NCBI GenBank assembly: GCA_018662305.1
Contig: JABJGI010000131.1
Span: 1 to 56,930 of the forward strand
Direction: 5' to 3'
DNA from: Porticoccaceae bacterium
GTDB taxonomy: Bacteria > Pseudomonadota > Gammaproteobacteria > Pseudomonadales > GM7GCV1
DNA length: 56,930 nt
Part shown: positions 1 to 9,818 of the stretch, piece by piece
Numbering within the stretch: the first letter of the stretch is position 1
How the letters are laid out: each line of letters starts with the position of its first letter
Notes under the pieces: model-generated
The model's input: the letters and a program-made list of their open reading frames with translations, nothing else
Databases searched by the model: none
Told to the model about the DNA's origin: nothing
Program-made: the position numbers and the translations under genes

Positions 1-1
1 C

Positions 2-169
2 AATGACGGCGTAGCAGATGACACAGATAACTGCGTTGATGTATTTAATCCAGATCAAGCCAATGAAGACGGCGACGCTGCAGGCGATGCTTGCGACGGG
101 CTTCCTTCAGCGATTTGGGATCAATTTGAATGGGATGAAGCGGTGTGGCAAGACACCGCTCAATTCTAA
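2..169 (+). CDS. 3' end of a thrombospondin type-3 (Ca-binding) repeat protein with a Trp-rich C-terminal tail; 5'-truncated by the window
   Basis: Not in the ORF track. Frame 2 reads NDGVADDTDNCVDVFNPDQANEDGDAAGDACDGLPSAIWDQFEWDEAVWQDTAQF*, a typical TSP3 DNC..NPDQ.D.DGD..GDAC pattern. Confidence 0.8.
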   Translation, partial: NDGVADDTDNCVDVFNPDQANEDGDAAGDACDGLPSAIWDQFEWDEAVWQDTAQF

Positions 170-194
170 ATAAAGAATTATTGGAGAATTAAAC

Positions 195-842
195 ATGAAA
201 ACTTTAAAAACAATTTTTGTCGCTGCCGCCGCAATGTTCTTGGGGGCACAAGCTTTGGCTCAGTCTACCGTGCCAAATACCTTTGTGGCAGTAGAGGCTG
301 CAACCGCTGCATCAGTAAATGCAAACTTTAATGCGGTATTGGATCTGATTGATGATCTCTCAGATGAAATAGATGCTTTGCAGGCCGCCGCGCCTACCAA
401 CCTCGTTTCTGGTCGAACCTATGGCCTTATTAATCTAGACATCTTTTTTGAAGATCAGCAGACTGGAGATACCTTCAACGAAGTTGTTTTGACCAATTTA
501 GGCGGCTCTTCGGCGGACTTTACCTTTAACGCCAATGGCACTGTTTCAATTGTCGATATTAGTAATGAAGAAGCCGATTTGTTTGTGGATACTAATGGTA
601 CAGGAGCTGGTGTGAGTGAAATTAGCTCCAATGGCGATGACGACATCACGGCGGATTATGTGCAGGACGGAGGCGTTATTGAGATCCCAGACATAGGCTT
701 TGAACTCTATGCTTCCGCGGATGGTAGTATTCTCATCTATCGCAATATCGGACAAGACTTTTCCGGAGATGACAATGATGAGCGCTTCGATTTGGAGTTC
801 GGCGTTTTAGTCGAGTTGGACCTGGGGACTTCGCCAAACTAA
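195..842 (+). CDS. Secreted acidic protein, possibly fibre/adhesin-like
   Basis: GGAG RBS; Sec signal peptide (MKTLK...AQALA); VPNTF...VNANF motif, short coiled coil, then an acidic beta-rich region. Confidence 0.75.
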   Translation: MKTLKTIFVAAAAMFLGAQALAQSTVPNTFVAVEAATAASVNANFNAVLDLIDDLSDEIDALQAAAPTNLVSGRTYGLINLDIFFEDQQTGDTFNEVVLTNLGGSSADFTFNANGTVSIVDISNEEADLFVDTNGTGAGVSEISSNGDDDITADYVQDGGVIEIPDIGFELYASADGSILIYRNIGQDFSGDDNDERFDLEFGVLVELDLGTSPN

Positions 843-868
843 AGAAAAGTACTTTCGAGAAAGTCATG

Positions 869-892
869 AGGAGGCTTCGGCCTCCTTTTTTA
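869..892 (+). terminator. Rho-independent terminator
   Basis: AGGAGGC-TTCG-GCCTCCT followed by a T run. Confidence 0.9.
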
Positions 893-953
893 TGCGCCAT
901 TTTGCGAAGCTTCCTTCCAGATTACCAATTCGGAAATTAGCCCGCAGATCACA

Positions 954-999
954 TAGAGTTTTGTTAAGCCCTTGGTTATAATGCGCGGCGTTTTGCCGC
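954..999 (+). promoter_or_regulatory. Putative sigma70 promoter of the cox operon with a downstream GCGGC-N5-GCCGC palindrome
   Basis: Perfect TATAAT at 977-982 with a weak -35; palindrome at 985-999. Confidence 0.45.
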
Positions 1000-1116
1000 A
1001 GCATAAATACCATCTCGCTGACAGCAGCGCTACATCGATTTCAGATCTAGCCCTAAAATCTGGGTTATCTGAGTTTCGGAAAAATTTAGATTTCAATTGA
1101 GATAACGGAGAAACGG

Positions 1117-2265
1117 GTGATGTTGAGAAAAGCGCTCCGGCTTTTCAGTCTGACATTTTTGGCTTTGGCTGGCATGCATGTTCATGCAGCTGAGCAAGAG
1201 GTCAGCAGTACAACGGTTCTGAATATGCCTACGGGCGTAAGCACCATCAGCCACCAAATCTACGATCTGCATATGCTGATCTTCTGGGTTTGTGTGGTTA
1301 TCGGTATTGGTGTGTTTGGTGCCATGCTTTGGGCAATGTATTTCCACCGCAAGTCCATTGGACACGAGGCTGAAAATTGGCACGAGCACTTGGGTGTGGA
1401 ATTGGTTTGGACCATTGTCCCCATCTTTATTTTGGTTGCCATGGCCTGGCCTGCTACCACGACTCTTATCGAAATCTACGACACCAGTGATGCCGAGATC
1501 GATATTCGGGTCACCGGGTCTCAGTGGAAGTGGCAGTACGAATACATGGGTGAGGGAGTTCAGTTCCTCAGTCAACTAGCATCTTCGCAGGACGAAATTT
1601 ATAACCTCGACGAGAAAGGCGAGTTTTACCTCCAAGAGGTTGATAACCCCTTGGTGATTCCGGTTGATACCAAAGTACGCTTCCTTCTATCCGCTACTGA
1701 CGTGATCCATTCTTTTTGGGTGCCCGATTTCGCAATTAAAAAGGACGCTATTCCAGGATACATCACGGAAACTTGGGTAGAAGTGACTGAGACAGGCGTA
1801 TACCGTGGATCCTGTACTGAGCTCTGTGGTCAAGGTCATGCCTTTATGCCCGTCGTTTTCAACGTGGTTGAAAAAGATGAGTATGAATTTTGGCTGGCTG
1901 AGAAAATACAAGAAGCCGAAGCGATTGCTGCTCTAACCGAACAGACCTTCACCATGGAAGAGCTGATGGCTCGCGGTGAAGAGGCTTATCTGACATCTTG
2001 CGCACTTTGTCATCAGGCAAACGGTCAGGGTGTTCCACCCGCTTTCCCATCTCTTGTTGGAAGCGCTGTAGTGACCGGACCGATCGACGCCCACCTAGAA
2101 GTGGGAGTAAATGGTGTTCCCGGTACCGTGATGCAAGCATTTGGAAATCTGCTTAACGAAGTTGATCTCGCTGCCATCATGACTTACCAGCGAAACGCTT
2201 GGGGTAATGATATGGGTGACATAGTTCAGCCGATCGATGTTTACAACTACAAACAAGGCCAATAG
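1117..2265 (+). CDS. coxB: Cytochrome c oxidase subunit II with fused C-terminal cytochrome c (caa3 type)
   Basis: CuA ligands HSFWVP...CTELCGQGHAFM; QWKW motif; C-terminal CALCH heme c motif. Confidence 0.97.
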   Translation: MMLRKALRLFSLTFLALAGMHVHAAEQEVSSTTVLNMPTGVSTISHQIYDLHMLIFWVCVVIGIGVFGAMLWAMYFHRKSIGHEAENWHEHLGVELVWTIVPIFILVAMAWPATTTLIEIYDTSDAEIDIRVTGSQWKWQYEYMGEGVQFLSQLASSQDEIYNLDEKGEFYLQEVDNPLVIPVDTKVRFLLSATDVIHSFWVPDFAIKKDAIPGYITETWVEVTETGVYRGSCTELCGQGHAFMPVVFNVVEKDEYEFWLAEKIQEAEAIAALTEQTFTMEELMARGEEAYLTSCALCHQANGQGVPPAFPSLVGSAVVTGPIDAHLEVGVNGVPGTVMQAFGNLLNEVDLAAIMTYQRNAWGNDMGDIVQPIDVYNYKQGQ

Positions 2266-2277
2266 GAGGATTAAGTA

Positions 2278-3861
2278 ATGGCACATGGTCCTGCAAAAGG
2301 CGTAACTCGTTGGTTGTTTACCACCAACCACAAAGATATCGGCACGCTCTACCTCTGGTTTAGCTTTGCCATGTTCATCCTTGGCGGTTTCTTCGCCATG
2401 GTTATCCGCGCCGAGCTCTTCGAGCCTGGCATGCAATTGGTACGTCCTGAGTTCTTTAATCAGATGACTACCATGCACGGTCTGGTGATGGTGTTTGGTG
2501 CCATCATGCCGTCCTTCGTGGGGCTGGCAAACTGGATGATTCCAATGATGATTGGCGCGCCAGATATGGCTTTGCCACGAATGAACAACCTCAGCTTCTG
2601 GATATTGCCACCGGCATTCCTGATGCTGGCTTCGACGCTATTTATGGAAGCGGGAGCACCAAACTTCGGTTGGACTTTCTACGCGCCCTTGTCGACAACC
2701 TATGCACCCGAAACGGTGAACTACTTTATTTTTGCCGTACACATAATGGGGGCTTCCTCCATCATGGGCTCCATCAACATTGTCGCCACTGTGCTCAACA
2801 TGAGAGCGCCGGGCATGACCATGATGAAGATGCCTCTGTTCGTATGGACCTGGTTGATTACCGCATTCCTGCTTATCGCTGTTATGCCAGTACTGGCTGG
2901 CGCGGTAACTATGATGCTAATGGACATCAACTTCGGTACAGCCTTCTTTGAAGCTGCCGGTGGTGGTGACCCCGTCTTGTTCCAGCACATCTTCTGGTTC
3001 TTCGGGCACCCTGAGGTATACATCATTATTCTGCCGGCCTTTGGTGTGATTTCTGAAATCATCCCGACCTTTAGCCGCAAACCGCTCTTTGGTTACGCCT
3101 CTATGGTGTATGCGACTTCGGCCATTGCCTTCCTGTCCTTCATTGTTTGGGCTCACCACATGTTCTTGGTGGGAATGCCGGTATCAGGCGAGCTGTACTT
3201 TATGTACGCCACTATGCTGATTGCGGTGCCGACAGGCGTGAAGGTGTTTAACTGGGTTAGCACCATGTTCCGCGGCGCCATCAGCTACGAAACCCCCATG
3301 CTCTTTGCCATCGCCTTTGTGATTCTTTTCACCCTTGGCGGCTTTACTGGATTGATGCTGGCGATTGCGCCAAGTGATATTCAGTACCACGACACCTACT
3401 TTGTAGTAGCGCATTTCCACTATGTGATGGTTGCGGGTGCGGTATTCAGTATGTCGGCGGCAGTGTATTACTGGCTGCCTAAGTGGACTGGCCGTATGTA
3501 TAACGAAGCCATGGGTAAGCTGCATTTCTGGATTTCTTTTATCGGCTTTAACATCACCTTCTTCCCACAGCACTTCTTGGGGCTGGGTGGAATGCCAAGA
3601 CGATACGCAGACTACGCCCTGCAATTTGCTGACTGGAACATGGTTTCAAGTATTGGAGCATTTATTTACGGTGCCTCGCAAATACTCTTCTTGTATAACG
3701 TGATTGCAACCATTGTTGCCGGTAAGAAAGTGAGCGAACCTAAAACTTGGGATGGCGCAAATGGTTTGGAGTGGAGCTTGCCCACACCTCCGCCTTATCA
3801 CACTTTTACTACGCCGCCAGATGCGTCAGTAATCGAAGAAAACAGTACCGTAGCGCACTAA
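2278..3861 (+). CDS. coxA: Cytochrome c oxidase subunit I (A1 type)
   Basis: NHKDIG, WFFGHPEVY, VWAHH and HFHY motifs. Confidence 0.98.
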   Translation: MAHGPAKGVTRWLFTTNHKDIGTLYLWFSFAMFILGGFFAMVIRAELFEPGMQLVRPEFFNQMTTMHGLVMVFGAIMPSFVGLANWMIPMMIGAPDMALPRMNNLSFWILPPAFLMLASTLFMEAGAPNFGWTFYAPLSTTYAPETVNYFIFAVHIMGASSIMGSINIVATVLNMRAPGMTMMKMPLFVWTWLITAFLLIAVMPVLAGAVTMMLMDINFGTAFFEAAGGGDPVLFQHIFWFFGHPEVYIIILPAFGVISEIIPTFSRKPLFGYASMVYATSAIAFLSFIVWAHHMFLVGMPVSGELYFMYATMLIAVPTGVKVFNWVSTMFRGAISYETPMLFAIAFVILFTLGGFTGLMLAIAPSDIQYHDTYFVVAHFHYVMVAGAVFSMSAAVYYWLPKWTGRMYNEAMGKLHFWISFIGFNITFFPQHFLGLGGMPRRYADYALQFADWNMVSSIGAFIYGASQILFLYNVIATIVAGKKVSEPKTWDGANGLEWSLPTPPPYHTFTTPPDASVIEENSTVAH

Positions 3862-3863
3862 AT

Positions 3864-4400
3864 ATGCATAAAGCGCTAGTCGCAAAGCTGCTTGGTGGGG
3901 CGATTGTTATGTTCGCCTTTGCAGTCTTTGCGATGCCGCCTCTGTATCGTTTAGCCTGTGATGTTTTGGGCATCGGCCCTCAGCAGTACAGTGCTTACGA
4001 AGAGGCAGCAGCAGCGGTAGATGAGTCGAGAACTGTCAAAGTACAGTTTATGTCGACCAATCAAGGTGCCATGCCCTGGGTATTTGAGCCTGCTCAGTTT
4101 GAGGTGGAAGTCCATCCAGGTGAGCGGGCTGAAGTGGCCTACTACGCCAAGAATACGACCTCCAGAGATATGGTGGCCCAAGCAATTCCAAGCGTAGTAC
4201 CCATCAGTGCAGTGGATTACCTGCACAAAATTGAATGCTTCTGTTTTGAGCGGCAACCTTTGGGTGCTGGTGAAGAGACAGATATGAAATTGGTGTTTTT
4301 CGTGGATCCAGAATTACCGAAAAGCGTGGGCACCTTAACTCTTTCCTACTCGGTTTTTGATATCACTGACCGGGTGGCTAGCGAAGTCTCTTTAAATTAA
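3864..4400 (+). CDS. ctaG: Cytochrome c oxidase assembly protein Cox11/CtaG
   Basis: KIECFCF Cu-binding motif; N-terminal TM helix; ATG at 3864 directly after the coxA stop. Confidence 0.93.
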   Translation: MHKALVAKLLGGAIVMFAFAVFAMPPLYRLACDVLGIGPQQYSAYEEAAAAVDESRTVKVQFMSTNQGAMPWVFEPAQFEVEVHPGERAEVAYYAKNTTSRDMVAQAIPSVVPISAVDYLHKIECFCFERQPLGAGEETDMKLVFFVDPELPKSVGTLTLSYSVFDITDRVASEVSLN

Positions 4401-4470
4401 GAGCTTCTTGAATTAACTTGATTGCAGATCTTTGGAAACTGATCTGCGCCGGAATTGATTGGAGATAGAA

Positions 4471-5379
4471 ATGTCAGCTGAAGCAAGCTACTACGTACCC
4501 GAACAGAGCAAGATGCCTATCTTGATGGCTGCCGCTATGGGCCTAGCAGCTTTTGGGGCCGGTCGTTGGATGATTACTGGTGATTCCCTGATGTGCATTC
4601 TGGGTGTCGTTGCCATTGCCACCATGATGTACTTTTGGTTCACCACAGTAATTGATGAAAACCTGCGCGGCTTGCCGAGTGCACAATTGAAGCGCTCTTA
4701 TGTTTGGGGCATTAGCTGGTTTATTTTCTCTGAAGTGATGTTTTTTGCCGGCTTCTTTGGCGCACTTTTCTATCTTCGCAATATTGCTATGCCCTGGTTG
4801 GGAGGCGATGGAGTTGGTGTTCATAATCCCGAGTTGCTTTGGAACGGCTTTGAGGCGGAATGGCCTTTATTGCATACACCAGATCAGGCGCTAAATGGCG
4901 AGAATGCAAAGTTTGTGGGTGCACACGAATCACTTTCTTACCCTGGCTTGAGTGGGCTTCTCCACTGGTTGCCTCTTTACAACACCGTTATTCTTTTGTT
5001 TTCCAGTTATACCGTACATTTAGCGCATCACGCGCTTAAGCATGGTGACAACCGCAAGAAGTTTAATTTCTGGTTGGGATTCACCGTCGTGCTCGGTCTA
5101 ATCTTTTTGTGTTTGCAGGTGATGGAATACCGTGAAGCCTATGGGCATTACGGGATCACACTGACATCCGGAATTTACGGTACGACCTTCTTTATGTTGA
5201 CCGGATTCCACGGTTTTCACGTTGCCATGGGTACTTTGATGCTGGCGATTCAGTTGCTGCGATCATTTAAAGGACAATTCACCGCAGACGACCACTTTGG
5301 TTTTGAGATGTCGTCTTGGTATTGGCACTTTGTTGATGTGGTTTGGGTGATGTTGTTCTTCTTTGTCTACATCATCTAG
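4471..5379 (+). CDS. coxC: Cytochrome c oxidase subunit III
   Basis: FIFSEVMFF, TGFHGFHV and WYWHFVDVVW motifs; GGAG RBS before ATG 4471. Confidence 0.97.
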   Translation: MSAEASYYVPEQSKMPILMAAAMGLAAFGAGRWMITGDSLMCILGVVAIATMMYFWFTTVIDENLRGLPSAQLKRSYVWGISWFIFSEVMFFAGFFGALFYLRNIAMPWLGGDGVGVHNPELLWNGFEAEWPLLHTPDQALNGENAKFVGAHESLSYPGLSGLLHWLPLYNTVILLFSSYTVHLAHHALKHGDNRKKFNFWLGFTVVLGLIFLCLQVMEYREAYGHYGITLTSGIYGTTFFMLTGFHGFHVAMGTLMLAIQLLRSFKGQFTADDHFGFEMSSWYWHFVDVVWVMLFFFVYII

Positions 5380-5396
5380 GCAAATAGGGTAGTCAC

Positions 5397-5426
5397 AAAA
5401 AAAGGCCGGGACATCCGGCCTTTTTT
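5397..5426. terminator. Bidirectional Rho-independent terminator
   Basis: A run, GGCCGG-GACAT-CCGGCC, T run, between convergent genes. Confidence 0.9.
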
Positions 5427-5443
5427 ACGAGCGAGGTTTGAGT

Positions 5444-5695
5444 TTACTGGTTGGCGGGTATAAGTCGCTCTGGGTGTAGTTCTTGATCCCAGGGTGCTTT
5501 GCTTCCAATCTGCCCGCTAGCAATACCGTAGGCAACCGTCGCCATCAGGGCCATGGCTAAACTGACTCGAATTCCCAGAGCGTAATAGAGGCGTTTTTTC
5601 GAACTTTCTCCCTGGTCTTTGACCAGAAAGTAGAAGCCGGTCGTAAGGCTGGCGATCACGGCAATTAAGAGTACGAAGATGATAACTTTCAGCAT
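5444..5695 (-). CDS. Twin-transmembrane small protein (DUF2909-like) of cox clusters
   Basis: Two TM helices; SL..G..FL.KD and L..RV.L pattern; usual antisense position between coxC and SURF1. Confidence 0.85.
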   Translation of the reverse strand: MLKVIIFVLLIAVIASLTTGFYFLVKDQGESSKKRLYYALGIRVSLAMALMATVAYGIASGQIGSKAPWDQELHPERLIPANQ

Positions 5696-5763
5696 GGAGC
5701 AAGGTTCTCAGATAAACTGCAATGCGCATTTAAACATGTAGGTAAAGATAGGCACATACGGCT

Positions 5764-6522
5764 TTGAACCTCTCAACTAAATTTCACTGGCAATCGAACT
5801 GGAAAATTTTGCTCTTTGTTGCCGTCTTTTTGCCTTTAACCGTGGCTCTGGGATTTTGGCAGCTCGATCGCGCCGGTGAAAAGCGTGAGATTCTGGCAGA
5901 GCAAGAGCGGCAGCAACAACTCGCGCCACTAAACCAGAGCGATTGGCAGGCCAGCAAGGGCAATCATTTACGCAAAGTCAGTCTCGCTGTTGAGTTGGAT
6001 TCCGCTAGACATCTTTTGTTGGCGAATAGAACTCTGGAAGGGCGAGTCGGCTACGAGGTAATGAGCCTAGCGCGAGTTGACGGGTCTTCCACTGACAAAG
6101 CTTTGTTGTTGATCAATCGCGGATGGGTTCCGGCTTCTCTCGACAGAGCAGAGCTACCCGAGATATCCACGCCATCGGGAGTCCAACTGGTTCAGGGCTA
6201 TTATTATTGCCCCGAACCAAACAGCCTGATTCGGCAGTCAACAGAATTTGACGGCAATTGGCCGGCAGTGATCTACAGCCTCGATGAGGCGGCCATGGAG
6301 CTGATATTTGAGTCGGACGAAAAACCACTGGCTTGTGAGATTCGGATCGATCAGTTTTCTCCTTTGGCTTTCGTTGCCGATTGGCAAATTGTTAACCAAT
6401 CAGTACAGAAGCATATTGGTTACGCTGTGCAGTGGTTCTCAATGGCCTTTGCCCTTATCATTCTCGCCCTTTTTTCCAATTCCAACTTGGGATTATTTTT
6501 CCGTCGCGAGAAAGCTGAATGA
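5764..6522 (+). CDS. SURF1 family cytochrome oxidase assembly protein
   Basis: LGFWQLDRA, LINRGWV and HIGYAVQWF motifs; TTG start uncertain. Confidence 0.93.
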   Translation: MNLSTKFHWQSNWKILLFVAVFLPLTVALGFWQLDRAGEKREILAEQERQQQLAPLNQSDWQASKGNHLRKVSLAVELDSARHLLLANRTLEGRVGYEVMSLARVDGSSTDKALLLINRGWVPASLDRAELPEISTPSGVQLVQGYYYCPEPNSLIRQSTEFDGNWPAVIYSLDEAAMELIFESDEKPLACEIRIDQFSPLAFVADWQIVNQSVQKHIGYAVQWFSMAFALIILALFSNSNLGLFFRREKAE

Positions 6523-7127
6523 ATGCAGCGTTAGATCAAAGCACAAACGCCAAGGGGCAAAAGCCTTGGCCCGTTATTATCATGTTAGTCATGCTTTTCT
6601 CCGTGATTATTGCAGGGCTGCTTCTTGTTCCTCGCACCGAAGAGCAAAAGCTCTGGTGGCTCTCTATCTTGGGAACCAATAACTACGGGGAACTCATCAA
6701 TCCGCCGATAGAACTCGCCGGACAGATTCTCGACAGCGAGGGGAATCCTTGGTCAGATGATATGGAGACACCCTGGAAACTTTTGCTGATGAGTCAGGGC
6801 ACCTGTGCCGCGGATTGCCAGCAAATAGCAGAATTTGCCACCCGTGTGCATGCCCGCATGAACAAGTTGGCTCCGGAACTTAAGCGCGGCTATCTTTCTA
6901 TAGGCAGCGGTTCTGGCCCAGATGCGAGCTTGGATTACGAAACACTTCAGGCGCCAAACCTTGATTTCCCAGCCTTGTTGGAAGAAACCAATGTTCCTCC
7001 TTTGTCAGATGGCCCACTGCTCTTTGTCATGAACCCGCTGGAGGTTATTTTCCTTTACTACACGACAGAGCATGAAGGGGTTGGCATGCTTGAAGATATT
7101 GAACATGTCATTGAGCTTTCTCACTAA
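6519..7127 (+). CDS. Membrane-anchored SCO/thioredoxin-like cox accessory protein
   Basis: N-terminal TM, NYGELI.PP motif, CAADC; conserved position between SURF1 and ctaA. Confidence 0.7.
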   Translation: MNAALDQSTNAKGQKPWPVIIMLVMLFSVIIAGLLLVPRTEEQKLWWLSILGTNNYGELINPPIELAGQILDSEGNPWSDDMETPWKLLLMSQGTCAADCQQIAEFATRVHARMNKLAPELKRGYLSIGSGSGPDASLDYETLQAPNLDFPALLEETNVPPLSDGPLLFVMNPLEVIFLYYTTEHEGVGMLEDIEHVIELSH

Positions 7128-7155
7128 GCTTAATTGGCCATCCCTGAGTACTTAG

Positions 7156-8187
7156 ATGAAAACAAAAAAAGGCTTCTATCTTGCTCTTGCTGCTCTGATC
7201 TTAGCGGTTGGGGTCGTAACGCTGGGCTCCTTTACTCGCCTGGTTGACGCTGGCCTAGGTTGCCCGGATTGGCCGGGATGTTATGGCCACCTCACTTGGC
7301 CCGATGAGGCGCACGAAATAGTCGCCGCAAATCAAGCTTATCCCGATATGCCTGTATTGAAGGGCAAGACCTGGCCGGAGATGGTGCACCGCTACTTTGC
7401 TGGGACCTTGGGTTTGTTGGTTTTAGGCTTGGCGATATATGCCTTCAAAAACCGGCAGGAAGAGGGCTATCCATTTCGTATGCCCATGATTATGTTGGTA
7501 CTCATTATTTGGCAAGCTATGTTTGGTATGTGGACGGTCACGCTCAAACTATGGCCCCAAGTAGTAACGATTCATTTGATGGGCGGAGTAACGACCTTTA
7601 GCTTGCTCGCCGTTCTGGTATTTCGACTCAACGATTCCTGGCGTTTCAGCGATCAGACATCTGCGGCTCTCAGATCTTTGCGAGGCTGGATTATCGGTGG
7701 ATTTGTCGTTGTATTTCTGCAGGTGTTTTTAGGAGGCTGGGTGGCTTCAAATTATGCGGCGGTGGCTTGTCCAGATTTTCCACAGTGTCAGCTACAATGG
7801 ATCCCGGAAATGGATTTTCGACAAGGCTTTAATTTTACCCAGCATGTTGGCCCCAATTATCTCGGCGGACGACTGGACGGCGACGCTCGAACAGCGATTC
7901 ATTTCAGTCATCGAGTGGGGGCGATAATCACCATGCTCTATCTAATCGCTTTGTCTTTGATGATGTTGGCAAAGAAATCGAAGCCAATCTCCATCCTGGC
8001 CGGCACCATTCTAGTAGCCCTTGTGGTTCAGATCGGCTTGGGCATCACAAACGTGATTATGTCGATTCCACTGGCGGTTGCTGTTGCCCACAACTTTGTT
8101 GGGGCGCTACTGGTTGCGTTACTGGCCGTTGTTTGGATGCAAACCTATCCCATACTTCGTGATCGTCGCTCGCAGGAGAGACCGTGA
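7156..8187 (+). CDS. ctaA: Heme A synthase (CtaA/Cox15)
   Basis: [22 protein letters not shown] and HFSHR motifs. Confidence 0.95.
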   Translation: MKTKKGFYLALAALILAVGVVTLGSFTRLVDAGLGCPDWPGCYGHLTWPDEAHEIVAANQAYPDMPVLKGKTWPEMVHRYFAGTLGLLVLGLAIYAFKNRQEEGYPFRMPMIMLVLIIWQAMFGMWTVTLKLWPQVVTIHLMGGVTTFSLLAVLVFRLNDSWRFSDQTSAALRSLRGWIIGGFVVVFLQVFLGGWVASNYAAVACPDFPQCQLQWIPEMDFRQGFNFTQHVGPNYLGGRLDGDARTAIHFSHRVGAIITMLYLIALSLMMLAKKSKPISILAGTILVALVVQIGLGITNVIMSIPLAVAVAHNFVGALLVALLAVVWMQTYPILRDRRSQERP

Positions 8188-9089
8188 CAAACACTGCTTC
8201 TAGCTCCCGCCCCTTGTGGAAAGACTATCTAGAGCTGACTAAGCCCAGGGTGGTTGCCCTAATGATTCTTACGTCATTAATAGGCATGTTGCTCGCGGTG
8301 CCCGGAATGGTGCCTTTGGATGTGTTGATCTTTGGGAACCTGGGTATCGCCCTGGTGGCCGGGTCTGCTGCGGCAGTGAATCATTACGTTGATCGTCGTA
8401 TCGATGTGCATATGGCTCGCACTCAAAATCGTCCGCTAGCGACGGGGCGATTAAGTTCCGCGGAGGCTCTTGGCTTTGCTGCTGTACTAGGGATTATTGG
8501 AACGGCAATTCTCGTCGTTTTCGCAAATGTTCTGACCGCCTTACTGACCATTGCCGCGTTAGTGGGCTATGCCGTTATTTACACTCTCTATCTCAAACGC
8601 GCCACGCCGCAAAACATTGTTATAGGTGGCTTGGCGGGAGCGGCGCCTCCATTACTGGGATGGGTTGCCGTCACCGGAGAGGTTCATCCCTATTCGCTAT
8701 TGCTGGTGCTTATAATTTTCGCATGGACACCCCCGCATTTCTGGGCCTTGGCCGTCCATCGTCAGGAAGACTATGCCAAGGCGGAGATTCCAATGCTGCC
8801 GGTTACTCACGGAGAGAAATATACGGTTTTCAATATTTTGCTCTACACCCTGCTCTTGCTGGTGGTGTCCTTATTGCCTTATGTCTTTGGGATGTTTGGC
8901 TGGATCTATTTAGTGGGTGCGCTGCTGCTGGGATCGAGATTTCTCTATTGGGCCATAGTGATGATCATGGGGAAAAAGCAGGGCTCTGGAATGAAAACCT
9001 TTCAATATTCCATTTGGTATCTGATGATTCTTTTTGTCGTGATGCTCACCGATCACTATCTCTTGCCAGCAACTGCGATGGGGAGCTAA
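8184..9089 (+). CDS. cyoE: Heme O synthase (protoheme IX farnesyltransferase)
   Basis: LTKPRV, DRRID..M.RT.NRP and WTPPHFWAL motifs. Confidence 0.96.
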   Translation: MTNTASSSRPLWKDYLELTKPRVVALMILTSLIGMLLAVPGMVPLDVLIFGNLGIALVAGSAAAVNHYVDRRIDVHMARTQNRPLATGRLSSAEALGFAAVLGIIGTAILVVFANVLTALLTIAALVGYAVIYTLYLKRATPQNIVIGGLAGAAPPLLGWVAVTGEVHPYSLLLVLIIFAWTPPHFWALAVHRQEDYAKAEIPMLPVTHGEKYTVFNILLYTLLLLVVSLLPYVFGMFGWIYLVGALLLGSRFLYWAIVMIMGKKQGSGMKTFQYSIWYLMILFVVMLTDHYLLPATAMGS

Positions 9090-9092
9090 GAA

Positions 9093-9758
9093 ATGATGTA
9101 TTCCTCTTCTGATCCAGAGGTGCAAAAGCGTATTCGCAAGACCTTTGCCATTATCGCGGTCATTGTTGCGGTCTTTTTGGTGCTATTTTTCAATCGATTT
9201 ACGCAGCCGAGAGTACTTTCAAATAACGAGATGTTGCTTAACGGCTTGGTGATGTTTGAGCAGCCGCGTGCTTTTGAAGATTTCAATTTCACAGACCACA
9301 ACGGTAATGTTTTTGATCAGTCCAACCTGGAAGGCAAATGGACCATGATCTTTCCCGGTTTCACTTTTTGCCCAGACATTTGCCCCATCACTTTGTCCAT
9401 CCTGGCTGAGACATGGGGCCTCTTGGACGAGGGCCCCCGTGACGATCTGCAAGTGCTGATGATGTCGGTAGACCCCCATCGAGATACACCAGAGCGGCTT
9501 TCTCAGTATGTGCCCTATTTCAATGAGAATTTTATTGGCATTACCACAGAAATTGGAAAGACCCTCTGGGTCGCCCAGCAGCTCAATATCGCTATGTCAG
9601 TGGTGAATCCCGAAACTGCCGGCGATTTTTACTCGATTGATCACAGCGGCAATATTATTTTGATAAACCCCCGGGGCCACTATGCCGGATATTTCAAGCC
9701 ACCATTTGACGCGCCGAGAATTAAACTGACATTCCAGTCTGCATGGTCGCAATTTTAA
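9093..9758 (+). CDS. SCO1/SenC copper chaperone
   Basis: GFTFCPDICP motif, SVDP.RD, DHS histidine ligand; N-terminal TM. Confidence 0.93.
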   Translation: MMYSSSDPEVQKRIRKTFAIIAVIVAVFLVLFFNRFTQPRVLSNNEMLLNGLVMFEQPRAFEDFNFTDHNGNVFDQSNLEGKWTMIFPGFTFCPDICPITLSILAETWGLLDEGPRDDLQVLMMSVDPHRDTPERLSQYVPYFNENFIGITTEIGKTLWVAQQLNIAMSVVNPETAGDFYSIDHSGNIILINPRGHYAGYFKPPFDAPRIKLTFQSAWSQF

Positions 9759-9818
9759 GGTGTCTATCGGACATTCCCGCTAAACTGTCGATACAGTCTA
9801 AAGAAACATCTTGGCACC

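Noticed and set aside
981-1100. 39-codon ORF in the coxB upstream region
   Set aside because: Its ATG overlaps the predicted -10 box and there is no RBS or recognisable protein feature.
3747-3863. N-terminal extension of ctaG in the ORF track
   Set aside because: It overlaps coxA; the ATG at 3864 gives a normal Cox11.
4424-4447. GCAGATC/GATCTGC hairpin and a TTGAT half-site between ctaG and coxC
   Set aside because: There is no matching ATCAA half for an FNR box and no U tract; at most a minor intercistronic stem.
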